This document shows, piece after piece, positions 42,111-53,833 of a stretch of DNA of 64,000 nt. The notes under the pieces are model-generated. The model saw nothing but the letters and a program-made list of their open reading frames with translations, ran no database searches and was not told the origin of the DNA. The position numbers and the translations under genes are program-made. How positions within the stretch are numbered: the first letter of the stretch is position 1; the number at the start of each line of letters is the position of its first letter. Source of the stretch: Paramecium tetraurelia (Eukaryota); assembly GCA_000165425.1 (NCBI GenBank), contig CT868675.1:62001-126000 (forward strand), written 5' to 3'.

Positions 42111-42879
42111 ATGATGCCTCCTCCTGATCGCATTAATTATGCTGAAATGAAAGTTTAAGTATTAAATTACCTTATCTATTAGAGGATTCAAATTCCTGTT
42201 TAAGTTGCTGTACTTAAGCCAGTGTATGTTGATTGTCCTTATCCATCCTATGTGTTTGTTGAAGGTGAAAGCCATGCCAAGTAATTGGAAAGGCAATACG
42301 GAAATTGGAAACAATTCTTAAATGAGCCTCAATTAAAGACTTAAATTATGCAGTTATTTAGTGATAGTGATGACTCTGATTCTGAAAAGGAAAAAAAGAA
42401 AAAAAAGAAAGTCAAATCATCTAAAACAAAAACAATAGTCAATACAAAGTCATCCAAAGAAATAAAAGGAACTTAAGAATAGCAATAATAGGTTTAGTAA
42501 TAGTAAAGTCAGCCTTAACAATTTAATTAAACATATAATTAAATTGATTAGAATAACAATTATGTTAGACCACCTATTTAGTTGGATGATCGAGGAGCTA
42601 CTTTTTAAAAACAATATGGCAATCAAACTCAATTGTCAAGAACACAAACATAGAATTTCCCAGCATTGAATATTCTCCAAACCAGGTAATCAATATTGTT
42701 ATTTTCAGAAATGAAATCATTCCAAATAATTCTTCAAATGTCTCAAGGGGAAGATAAGATCTCTAAAATTATAAGAGTATATTTATTCATTTTACTTAGC
42801 ATTCCTTTAAAAATCATAATAAACCCTTTTACCTGCAGGAGAGGCTGGCAAATCTAGATATGAATATTAGAATATCTGA
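42111..42879 (+). CDS. hypothetical Q/K-rich protein
   Basis: MMPPPDRINYAEMKVQRIQIPVQVAVLKPVYVDCPYP..., three small introns. Confidence 0.65.
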
Positions 42880-43196
42880 GATATATTATTTATTACTTAT
42901 TCATCACAAATACTCAAACTAATATATTATTCATTTCAATTTCTATTAAATACCAATCTACTTTAGAATTGAAACAATTTTTCGGATTATTAAATAGTGA
43001 AACTGTCATTTATATATATTAATAATTAAATAAATAATAATATTACTATTATTTGACATATTTATTTTATGGTTAGACTAATTTGATTATTATCTCTTAG
43101 TTATACCAGATAATGATTTTTATAATATAAATTTGATTTATAGTTTAAAGGATAAGGAGTTATGTATTATAAGTGACTATAAAGTAATTTATAACA

Positions 43197-43623
43197 TCAA
43201 TTACGTGCTAAAGCTAAAGCAGCCATCACTGAAGTATTTGAACTATTAAAATGCTTAGCACGATAGTATTGGAGCTCTTTCAGTAACAGTGTAGTTTTGC
43301 AGAGATCAAATTTTTCAATCTGTTAGACTTTTTCTCTAAGCTTTTTGAGAGATATATGTATACGTTAACACTCTAATTTTCAATTACTACAATCTGTTGT
43401 TGTCCTATGCAGAGTCATTCCTAGTTAAACAGGTTTCTGAAGTTTCTTGAGAACTATTGGATGTCAATTTTTTTTCAGTGGATTTTTCTGTAATTAACTT
43501 ATTTGTGGTTTTTGTTGACTTGGTAAGCTCTTGAATTGTAAGAGTGCGCTTCTTGGTGGTCCGATCAATCAATGGCGATATTGACTTTTAAGTTGGCATA
43601 TAGGATCTGGCAGATAAATTCAT
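43197..43623 (-). CDS. hypothetical S/T-rich protein
   Basis: MNLSARSYMPTQKSISP..., one intron. Confidence 0.55.
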
Positions 43624-43649
43624 AAAGTTAACAAATAATTATTAATAAA

Positions 43650-46600
43650 ATGACATTAATTTATATTCTAGTGTTCTATGCATTAAACTAAGTGCTTGCA
43701 GGATTCACGACATTGAATGAAGCATTATTATTCAATCCCATCACACTTTATGTCCCTGAATGTGTAGAATAACCTAAATTTGATAATATCATTATAAGTA
43801 TTCGTTATTGGATTGAAATATTGCAAACTGATGATTGTGATTTGTAGACCGACTTGGAAACATTAAAGCAAATAAAAACGACAATCCCAGAATCAAATTT
43901 ATTTTTGAGTTCCTTCATCTAGAAAGATCAATTTAAAATTCACGGATTGATGTAGATCACTGATGATATATGCAAAGATGCTTAAGGTAATAAGTATAAT
44001 AAGCGGTTTTTAGATTAGCCAGGCTACATAATAGATTTATTGAAGAAAGAGCTTCAATCAATAATTGATTCCCTTGAAGAAATTTTGGCAACACCGAATA
44101 AACAGCGAAAAATTTCTGCGTTAAATTCCCAGATAGAGGAAGTCTAAACATATTAAGAATTTTGTTTCTAAAAGGAAGAAAGGCAGAGAAGAAAGGCACA
44201 AGAAGCAATCAATTAACAAGCACAAAACATAAAAAATGAAGCAGGCTATATAGATGACGCTTATGGCACACCCAACACTTCAGATTCCAGTCAAGGATCA
44301 TCAACTACATCATCATCTTCTTCATAATCGAATACTTAGCAATAAGGCACCAATATTTCAGGAACATAATAGCCAATTAATTGTGTAGACCCTCAAGCCT
44401 CAAATGCTTAATAAAACTCTAATCAATAATAGGGAAGTAGTACGACTACTACTTCTACATCATAAACAACCACTAATTAAACAAATATTCCTTAACCACC
44501 ACCACAGACATAATAATGTCAGCCCTGTGAAATACCATAACCTCCATAAAATCAACCCTCAATACCTAATCCTCCACCACCTCCGCCACCATCAACATAA
44601 GAGCAGCCTTAAGTTCCTCCACAAATACCTCCATAACCTCCTGCTTAACCTCCTTCTGAGGTTCCTTCTTAGCCACCAGTCTAGCCACCTCCCCCACCTA
44701 TTGAACCACCTAAACCTCCGGTTGAGCCACCGGTTTAGCCACCTCCCCCACCTGCTGAGCCACCTAAACCACCAATTGATCAACCATAACCACCAGTTTA
44801 GCCTCCGTAACCACCAGTTTAGCCACCTTAACCTCCTGCTGAGCCACCATAACCACCAGTTAAGCCACCAGTTGAACCACCTAAACCTCCTGTTGAACCT
44901 CCTTAACCACCTACTGAGCCACCTAAACCTCCTGCTGAGCCTCCATAACCACCTGTTTAGCCTCCTTAACCACCTGTTGATCCTCCTTAACCGCCTACTG
45001 AGCCACCTAAACCACCAGTTGAACCTCCTTAACCACCAGTTGAACCACCTAAGCCGCCTGTTGAACCTCCTTAACCACCTACTGAGCCACCTAAACCACC
45101 TGTTGAACCTCCTTAACAACCAATTGATTCACCTAAACCACCTGTTGAACCACCTCAACCACCTACTGAACCACCAAAACCACCTGTTGAACCCCCTAAA
45201 CCTCCTTCTGAGCCACCTAAACCACCTGCAGAGCCACCTTAACCTCCTACTGAGCCGCCAAAATCTCCTGAATAGATAAAAACAAATATAACTGTCAATG
45301 GGAACAGAACTACTGAAGTTCAAGATTTGATAAAATAGTTTTAAGAAGGAAAGATGGAAAATGTTTCAATAAACATTACAGTATACTAAAATTCAAATAC
45401 AACCACTATTGGAAGTTAGAATGGAGAATTGTTAACAATTCTTGAAGCATTATGTAGAATATATTATTTTATTAAAAGTAACTACTTAGCCTGCTTGTTC
45501 TGCTCCAGCTCAGCCTGTAATAGTTGTAGTGCAATAAGACGATGGTGACGATTGCAAAGAACCTGCTTAACCGATTAAGCCAAAGCCAGATGAAAAGCCC
45601 GTTCCTGTTATTGAACCAGAGGAAGAAGAAGAGGAGGAAGAAGAATTATTCCCTGAAATGTCTTTCCCAGAGCCTGCTCCAGATCCATAACCTGAGCCTG
45701 AAGAAGATCCTCAACCTGTACCAGAAGAAGAACCTGAACCTATTCCAGAAGAAGAACCTTAGCCTATTCCAGAAGAAGAGCCAAAACCCATTCCTGAAGA
45801 AGAACCAAAACCTGTTCCAGAGGAAGAAACACCAATTCCAGAAGAAGAATAAGAGCCAATTCCAACTGAACCTGCTAGTGTGAACACTACAAAACCAGCT
45901 GAACCATTGCCTTTACCAGAAGAACAGTAAGCTGAAGAATACGTTCCAGAAGAAGAAACACCAGAAGAAATTATACCTATTGATACAAAGAACACAACCA
46001 AACCATCAGAACCTCTACCAATACCTGAAGAAGAACCAGTTGAATAATAAATTATCGAGCCAGATCCTATTGAAGATCCTGTTGATACATTTAATTAAAC
46101 AAAAGTTGTAGAACCTCTCCCTATTCCTGAAGAAGAATATGTTGAGGAGGAAGTAATTGTACCAGATGAGCCATTTGTTAATAAAACAAAGCCATCTGAA
46201 CCTCTACCAGTTCCAGAAGAAGAGGAAGAAGAGCCTGAAATTATAGTGGTTGTGAAAAATGAAACAAAATAAGCAGAACCAGTACCCATTCCAGAAGAAG
46301 AAGTTCCTGAGGAAGTAGTGGTTGTGAAGGATCCAAAAAATACTACTAAAACAAGTGAAACCTTACCTGTTCCAGATGAAGAATATGAGGAAATAATCTA
46401 TGAAGAATATTACGAGGAATATTATGAAGAGATTATCATATAAGCTGCAAAAAACACTACAAAATCTGCTGCCCCTCTGCCTCTCCCTGAAGATGAGGAC
46501 GATGACTGGGGTTAGATGGGCTTTGATGATGAAAGCGATGAGGGCGAGTGGGAAACCTATTGGGACGGATCTTAATATGTTAAAAGAAAGAGGTCTGAAA

Positions 46601-48427
46601 CTGTTATTGAATATGAATATTACTGGGATGTTGATTCATAAAGTTACAAAAGTAGAGTGAAGGGGTCAGGTCCTAATGAAGATGATTATGAACTCTATTG
46701 GGATGGTTCTAGATATCTGAAAAGAAAAAAAGGAAGCCAAACTTATGACATAAATACAAAGCCATCAGGTTCATACACTTATGATGGTTTTGTTTATGAA
46801 TAATATTGGGATGCCAGCACCAATTCATATTAATGGAGAAGATACAGAGTAGGCTCAACATCATATGAGAGTGATACATTCGAATATTATTGGGATGAGA
46901 GCAGTTAAAGTTACAAGTTCAAATAATCAGTCAGTTCTACATCTAGTTCTTATACTTATAATGGATATGTTTATGAGAAATATTGGGATCAATCTTCAAG
47001 TTCTTATAAGTGGAGAAGGAGATAAACAGGATCAAGTACATGGGAATCTGGCGATTATGAATATTATTGGGATGAAAGCAGCTCAACTTATAAGTTCAAA
47101 TAATCGGGTAGTTCTACATAATCTAGTTCCTAGAGTTCTTACACTTATAATGGATATACCTATGAGTCATATTGGGATCAATCTTCAAATTCATATAAAT
47201 GGAGAAGAAAATAATTAGGATCAAATACTTGGGACTCAGGTGAGTATGAATATTATTGGGATTCAAGCTAATAAACTTATGTTTGGAAATTGAAATAGCA
47301 ATAGTAGAACGAGCAAGATGATTATGAATGGCAATGGGATTGGGAAACAAGTTCTTATCAATGGAGAAGAAAGGCAAACTCATATGATACTAATTAGTAC
47401 GAATAATATTGGGACTCATCAACTCAGTCCTATTAGTGGAGAAAGAAGAGCAGTACTTCATACAATTATGATGATGGGGAATATGAATACTATTGGGATG
47501 TGAATACTTAATCGTATCAGACTAGAAAGAAAAGCGGCTCTTCCAGTTAAATTGAGTATGAATATTATTGGGATTACGATACTTAATCCTATCAATACCG
47601 TTAAAAGGGTTAATAATCTCAAGGATACTCAACATCTTCATCTAGTTCAACTACATATTATGAATAATATTGGGATGCTGCTTCTTAATCATACAAATGG
47701 AGAGAAGTATCCAATGATTAAATAGCTCAATAAGGCACGTATGATGATGGGTAATATGAATATTATTGGGATGCATCTACTAATTCTTATTAGACAAGAT
47801 TAAAGACAAGTAGTAGCAGTAACTCAACTCAATATTCTTCAAGCAGCGGGGAAGAATCCTATTCATATTCAACATCTTACAATGTATCTTCAAGCACTGA
47901 TTACTGGGAGGAATATTATGTAAATGAGGATGGAGAAATGGTTACTTTGAATTTAGCTTCTTAATCTTTAAATAATAATGATGCCCTATAATTGGAAAAT
48001 CAAGCTCATGAGAAATGGATTAGCTAAGATGTAAATATTTTTAAATTAAAATTAGGCAAAAGAAACAGATGAGTCTTTAGAATCTTAAGATAATTAAGCT
48101 AATCAAGGCAAATTCATTTATAAAACAAATTAGGTATGGGAAAAAGATGATGAATAAATATATAATTCATATAACTTACGTAGCAGGAATATTAAGAATG
48201 CTGCAAAAATGAAGAATGTTAATCATAATGGCAATCAAAAAACAACTTAACAAAAGAAATAAGTTGTTGGAACAAGTTTCAACTTCAGAACTATACCACA
48301 AGATAAAGTTGAAAAGCAATAATAATTGAAAAATTAACCAGAGTTTATTGATAAAAAGGAAAGTTCTGATAAAAAAGAGAACATTTCAATGTTAAAGAAA
48401 ATAATGAATATATTTAGTCATAATTGA
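43650..48427 (+). CDS. very large secreted multi-repeat protein (~1,570 aa)
   Basis: Signal peptide MTLIYILVFYALNQVLA, helical N-domain, PP[QK]PP[VTA]E repeats, acidic PEEEP repeats, 15 YExYWD repeats; two 25-nt introns. Confidence 0.9.
44490..45270 (+). repeat. coding tandem repeat, ~21-bp unit encoding PP[Q/K]PP[V/T/A]E
   Basis: e.g. gaacctccttaaccacctact / gagccacctaaaccacctgtt units in tandem. Confidence 0.9.
46545..47805 (+). repeat. coding repeat: 15 copies of [YWF]ExYWD...Y motif
   Basis: Recurrent tatgaatattattgggat cores separated by Ser/Thr/Gly-rich linkers. Confidence 0.9.
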
Positions 48428-48481
48428 TTTGACATGAAATAATAAAAATTTAATATATAGAATTAAAATCTATGATATAAT

Positions 48482-49111
48482 TCAAACAATTTTGGGCACA
48501 TATTTAAGATATGGAGCTGAAATTGGATTTTTGTAATATTTCTAGATCTCATTTTAAAAGTAATTGTTTAATTTATCAAATTTATCATCAACTTCTTCTT
48601 GAGTTTATATAACTTTGTAATTTCTAGCCACCCTTTCACTCATCATTATGAAATCAGGTGGTAAGGGTTAATCATCAGGTGTTTGATTCAGAGTTTGAAA
48701 GTTTTTCATGATTTCCAAGTTCTAATGACTTAAGTCTTGAATAGAGCCCAACATATTTTCTAATTTAGCTTCCTCTATATTTTCATCTTCCAAAATTGCT
48801 TGATTTTAAATTAATTTCCCAAGATGAGCTTATAATCTAAATTTTTATATATTTTCTACAATCTAATGTTTGTGAATATGAATTTTCTTCTGTCATGAAA
48901 ATACTATTTCTGATTTTAAGATTTTGCATTCTCAGGTTTAAATACATCTAATTTAGCCTCTAATTTCTCAATTTCTTCCTTTGTCTAGGTAATTCTCGTT
49001 TTAAGCAATCTAAATAGAAGTTTAATTAAACTTTTTGAAATCTTGAGCTGTTAACTCCGTTTTTTCTTTCTAACCAATTGATACTCTGTTTTAGTTTTGT
49101 GACTGATGCAT
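48482..49111 (-). CDS. hypothetical coiled-coil protein
   Basis: MHQSQNQNRVSIGQKEK...; open after removing two small introns. Confidence 0.55.
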
Positions 49112-49164
49112 ATAATTATTTAGTTAAAATTTTCTATTGTAAAATAAATAGATATTTTATAATC

Positions 49165-50398
49165 TCAATTCATATATTTTTCATATTTCTTAAAATTACG
49201 AGTGAGTATATCTTCTAGAGGACCCAATAATCTTTTGAAGGTCTCTCTATCCAAATAAACTACTGTGCATGGAGTCTAAATTAAACTAGAATTAAGGGAT
49301 ACCTCAGCAATCACAGAAGCAGCCCTTGGAGCTTATCTAAGTAATGCAATTTCACCAAAATAATCACCTTCCTTATAAAAATAGACGATTTAAGCTGGCT
49401 AGCCTAAAAATTGTTGATAAATTAGTATTTAATACTTTGATTTAAGACTTTAGTGGCAACAGCCTCTCCTTTTTCGAGGAAATAGAAGATGTCTCCTTCA
49501 TCTCCTTCTTTGACAATGTGATCACCAATATTAAAGTTTTTGCTTTTGAGGGCATCAGCAATTTATGATCTGCTGTAAGGATCAAGTTCTTAAAGCAACT
49601 CTACATGAGCTAAAAAGTATTCATATCTTTCTCGCTTTCTGATAGCAGCGTCTTTGACGATGTGATTGAATGTTCCTCTATCCAGAGAAAATAGGACGCA
49701 GTTTTCTTCTGCAACTATGGTGGCTGCTCTGGGTGAATTGTATAAGAGTGCTAATTCGCCAAATGATTCTCCTGGTTTGTAAGTTTTAAGATGCACAGCA
49801 TCTTGGCCAGCTTTAGTTCGTGAGCAATCCAAAGTTCCTTCGTCAACTATATAGAGATTGTCGCCGTCATCTCCTTATTTAATGACAACATCTCCTTTAA
49901 TGCATTAGACGACTTCCATGGCATTGATGACGATTCTCAAATCATGTTCATCTAATTCTGAGAACATAAAGGATTAGGCTAATTTTTCTTTGATTTTCTG
50001 AATTTGCAGGTGAGACTTTGCGACTATTTTAGGTTTGAAATTGGTTTTTTTATTATAAATTCCATAGACTTCAGCACTTACACTTGCTCTATCAGGTCTA
50101 ATGGGATTATTAGCATAAAGTTCATAATCATCTTCATCGGATTCTGTATCATCAGAAGATTCGACATTTTCATTGTGTTGATTGTGGTGTAATCCAGTTT
50201 CAATCTAAGCTAGGGAATTGATGCATAATAAGATTACCTCCTGTTACGCTTAACCATTCGATTGATGCTTGTGTCTATTAAAATCATAGTGAATAGATAT
50301 ACCACATTGTCAGGCTTTTCTTTGACTAAATAGAGTGCCAATTATTCTAAGATGGGGTTCACAACATTGAGTAGATATTCTTAATCTTAATTTTGCAT
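49165..50398 (-). CDS. PKAR: cAMP-dependent protein kinase regulatory subunit
   Basis: RASVSAEVYG inhibitor segment; two CNB cassettes FGELALLYNSPRAATI and FGEIALLRQAPRAASV; FKRLLGPLEDIL. Confidence 0.95.
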
Positions 50399-50521
50399 TT
50401 TATTTTATAATCTATAAATCACATGTTTTATAATAAAATATATTTAGAAAAATAATGAGAAGCATAATATATGATAAATATTATTGAATTATATTAAAAC
50501 GGATTAATAATTAATAAAAAT

Positions 50522-51291
50522 ATGAAATACATAGCAATTCTTCTGTTGATTCTTGCCTTGACAAATGCAACAAACATGAGATAACATAAGAAACACAAAA
50601 AAACATAAAATGTTGAAAACTTGGTTGAACTTGAGTAATGATAGATATATTTTAATCTAGTTCCAAATTTGTGGGAGAAGCATAAGACCTTAGTAGCAAT
50701 GTTGGAGTCATTTCAGTAACAGAGGAAACAAATAATGATTTTGTGAAGTAGAACAACATCAAGAAGGCTGAAACAAAGGAAAGAAATGCCGTAATGAATG
50801 CAATTAAAAAATCCAAATCACACAAATCCTTAATTTAACTTAGTGATAATGAAATATATGTAGAGGAGACCTTGGATCAAACTCCATAGAAGGAGATAAA
50901 CTTTGCAGATTTATTCACAAACGATGGTTCATCACCAGATATGGGAAAGCAAGCAATAATCGAAGACTCTCCAAGTCCCCCTATGGTTCATTTAACCCAA
51001 GACGAAAATTTGGATTATGTGAGAGCCATCGATAAGTTAGATTTATTAGATGAGAATGGTCAACCATTATAAGTATTGCCTGAAGAGTAGACACTTTTAG
51101 AAATGAGACAATTTGAAAGCAGATTTTAATAGGATGAAACTCCATAAATGGATGCAGCACCATCATGGGATTTATAAAGTGCCTATGAGAAGACTCCGGG
51201 ATAAAGCGAATTATCACCTGAAGAATTGTAGAGACAAACTGATTAGATGGTCGATAGTTTGAGAGGAGAATTGGAAGATGAAAATATTTGA
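50522..51291 (+). CDS. secreted acidic hypothetical protein
   Basis: Signal peptide MKYIAILLLILALTNA, one intron, acidic C-terminal half. Confidence 0.75.
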
Positions 51292-51348
51292 TCAAGTAAA
51301 AAAATATATACAATATTAATAATTTAATAACTAACAACTATTTTGGGC

Positions 51349-52810
51349 ATGAAAGCTAAGGTCTCCTAAATTTCTCCTGATAAATTGTATGCTTCTCTCC
51401 TCAAAAGGAAAAGTGAGCAAGAGCAACAAGCTCGTCTAAAATCGCCAATTGTCAATACCAACAAGTACATCAATCATTTTTACTATCTAGATACCTAGTG
51501 CCAAGCAATAGGAACGGAGGTGGCAATTCTAAAATAGAAGCTAAAAAGACAAGGCCTGCAAGTGGCAAGGATTTAAAAGACATAAGCAGTGTATTGCTCA
51601 AAAAAACTCATGCACGTTAGAACAGCAAATTAATCGAAACCAAAGAAAATACACAAAACCTATCAGCTAATGCCTTGTCCATCTTGTTAAAAATCAAATG
51701 AGGAGTATAGCCTGAAACCAAATAACCTGGAATTCAGTAAAACAAAGATATATTCAATCAACAAGCCATCTCAAAAAAATATCAAAAATTAATGGAATTG
51801 TCTAAGCAGCAACAGCAATCCATAGTTAAATCCAAATTGTTCAAAGGGCCTCGTTCAATCAGTAATCCAGATATTTCCAACTTGCAACTCTACATTACTA
51901 AAGCAAATGGGTTGAGTTCTCCTGGAATGCTTTACAATGGTTAAACCAAAACCAATTAAGACATCTACAAACTAATCAACAAATTTAACAATAAAGAAAA
52001 TGATTGGTATATTCAAGTTTCTGATGGCCATGGTACGAATGGTCATTAAGTAGCTCAATTCTTATAATAAGTGTTACCCTCCTTCATAGAATAGGGTATT
52101 ATGGGTATCTCATCCTGTTATGATAGAGATAAGTAAATATACATAACAAATCCTTAGGTAACTCAACACAATCCTCAAAAATTGCTTCTTATAAACAAAT
52201 GAAGAATTACTCGATAGTGGAATTGATGTGACTTACTCAGGTGCAACCACTGTAACAGTAATCTCCTTTGAAAATGTATTATACTGTGCCAATATTGGTG
52301 ATAGTCGAGCTATTATAGGAAGATTCGATAATAAATTGTCAGTAATTGAATTGTCGAAAGATCATAAACCTGATTGTTTTCTTGAGTAAGCCAGAATCAT
52401 TCAGAGAGGAGGTCGTGTGTAAGCATATAGTGATGAAGATGGGAATCCAGTTGGACCTGCAAGAGTCTGGAAATCAGATGAAGATGTTCCAGGTTTAGCC
52501 ATGTCAAGAAGTTTTGGTGATTATGTTGCTAGTTAAGTTGGTGTGATTTGCGAACCTGAAATAATAAAGCATTCACTCTTGCCTTGCGATAAGTTCATAA
52601 TTGTTGCATCTGATGGAATATGGGAGTATTATTTATACTAAAATTAGATTTCTCTCTAATGAATGGGTTGTTGAAACTGTTTATGAATATTATAAAAAGG
52701 ATGATGCTTAAGGGGCTTGTTAACGATTGGTGTAAGCAGCAAGAGAAGCATGGCAAAGAGAAGATGAAGTCATAGATGACATTACAGTGGTAATTGCCTT
52801 TATTAAATGA
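51349..52810 (+). CDS. protein phosphatase 2C
   Basis: KTNQD, SDGHG, SGATTV, ANIGDSRA, SKDHKP, GLAMSRSFGD, ASDGIWE, DDITV. Confidence 0.95.
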
Positions 52811-53023
52811 CTAAATTCTCTCACTGATGATTGTTTTTTTATATTTAAACATTTTTCATGCTAGAATTACATAACCATTGCTGTGTTAGTATATGAGTTT
52901 ATAAAAGATTTGAGTTTGAAGCCAATTCTATAATATTGTTATTCTACAATATATTATTATTAAGTATTTATCAGAATAATGCGGCATAAATGTTGATGCA
53001 CTTAAAAGAATTGAATAATAATT

Positions 53024-53785
53024 ATGATTAATTAACATCCACTTTATTTGGAACAATAACAATGGTTAGCCTAATTTTAAAAAGGTAAATAAGAACCAGA
53101 AGAGCAATAGGATTAATCTCAAGAATATCTTGCAATGGGTTTTGATGATCAAAAAAGGATCCTAAAATTAATCAAAAAGTACAACGGAGATAAGGCTAAG
53201 ATAGTGGAGTCATTGATAGATAAGACAAAGAAAAAGGTTAAGAAGGAGGAGATTGACATTATTTAAATTGTTAAAGATACCTAAATTTTGTATGTGGATT
53301 GTAACAATGTGAAATATGCTAACAGAAATTGGAATGAATTTCATGGAAAATAAAAAGAGCAAATTGTAAAGATGCTGGACATTGTTGCAAGTTGGTTATA
53401 AAATGTTAATTCATAATTAAATGAAGTTCATTTGATTTGGGATGTTTATAAGGTTAGGAATATCCAGTAGTTGTAAGGTGAAATAACCTAATTGGATCTA
53501 TTCAAGAATCTAATAAATTTGAGTTAAGAAGGAAAAAAGATTACGTTTTGGATAGAATGTGGAAACAAAAAGATATTATTTACTATTGAATCCTCGCATC
53601 CAAGAATCGCAGATGATTTAATCGTGGACTTGTGCTCTTAGAATGTATAAAAATCCAAGGAAACAACTGTTGTGACCAGTGATAGAGGGTTGAGGGATAG
53701 ATTAAGAGAATATGGAATTTAAACTTTCATCGGATGTGGAAAATGGTGGAAACTAGATTTCAATAATGACTAACACTAAATTTGA
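53024..53785 (+). CDS. UBA domain + YacP/Rae1-like NYN (PIN-fold) ribonuclease, 253 aa, intronless
   Basis: YLAMGFDDQKRILKLIKKYNGDKAKIVESL (UBA); LYVDCNNV, VHLIWD, IADDLIV, VVTSDRGLRDRL (NYN acidic motifs). Absent from the supplied ORF track because of TAA/TAG Gln codons. Confidence 0.8.
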
Positions 53786-53833
53786 AAAGAGAAAGTTGTA
53801 TGATATAATATTGATTTTTGTATTAACAATTTT

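Noticed and set aside
44404..45323. ORF-track His/Leu/Asn-rich 291-aa ORF and antisense Arg/Trp-rich ORFs
   Set aside because: Alternative-frame shadows of the proline repeat; the real frame contains TAA/TAG Gln codons and is continuous with the signal-peptide gene.
46545..47805. Regularly spaced repeats with variable spacers, superficially CRISPR-like
   Set aside because: The units stay in frame, vary at synonymous positions and encode a peptide motif; eukaryotic context and no cas genes.
19954..50398. PKA-C and PKA-R (plus PP2C and a CNBD channel) in one window as a 'cAMP cluster'
   Set aside because: They are ~28 kb apart with many unrelated genes between, and these families are highly expanded in Paramecium, so chance co-occurrence is likely.
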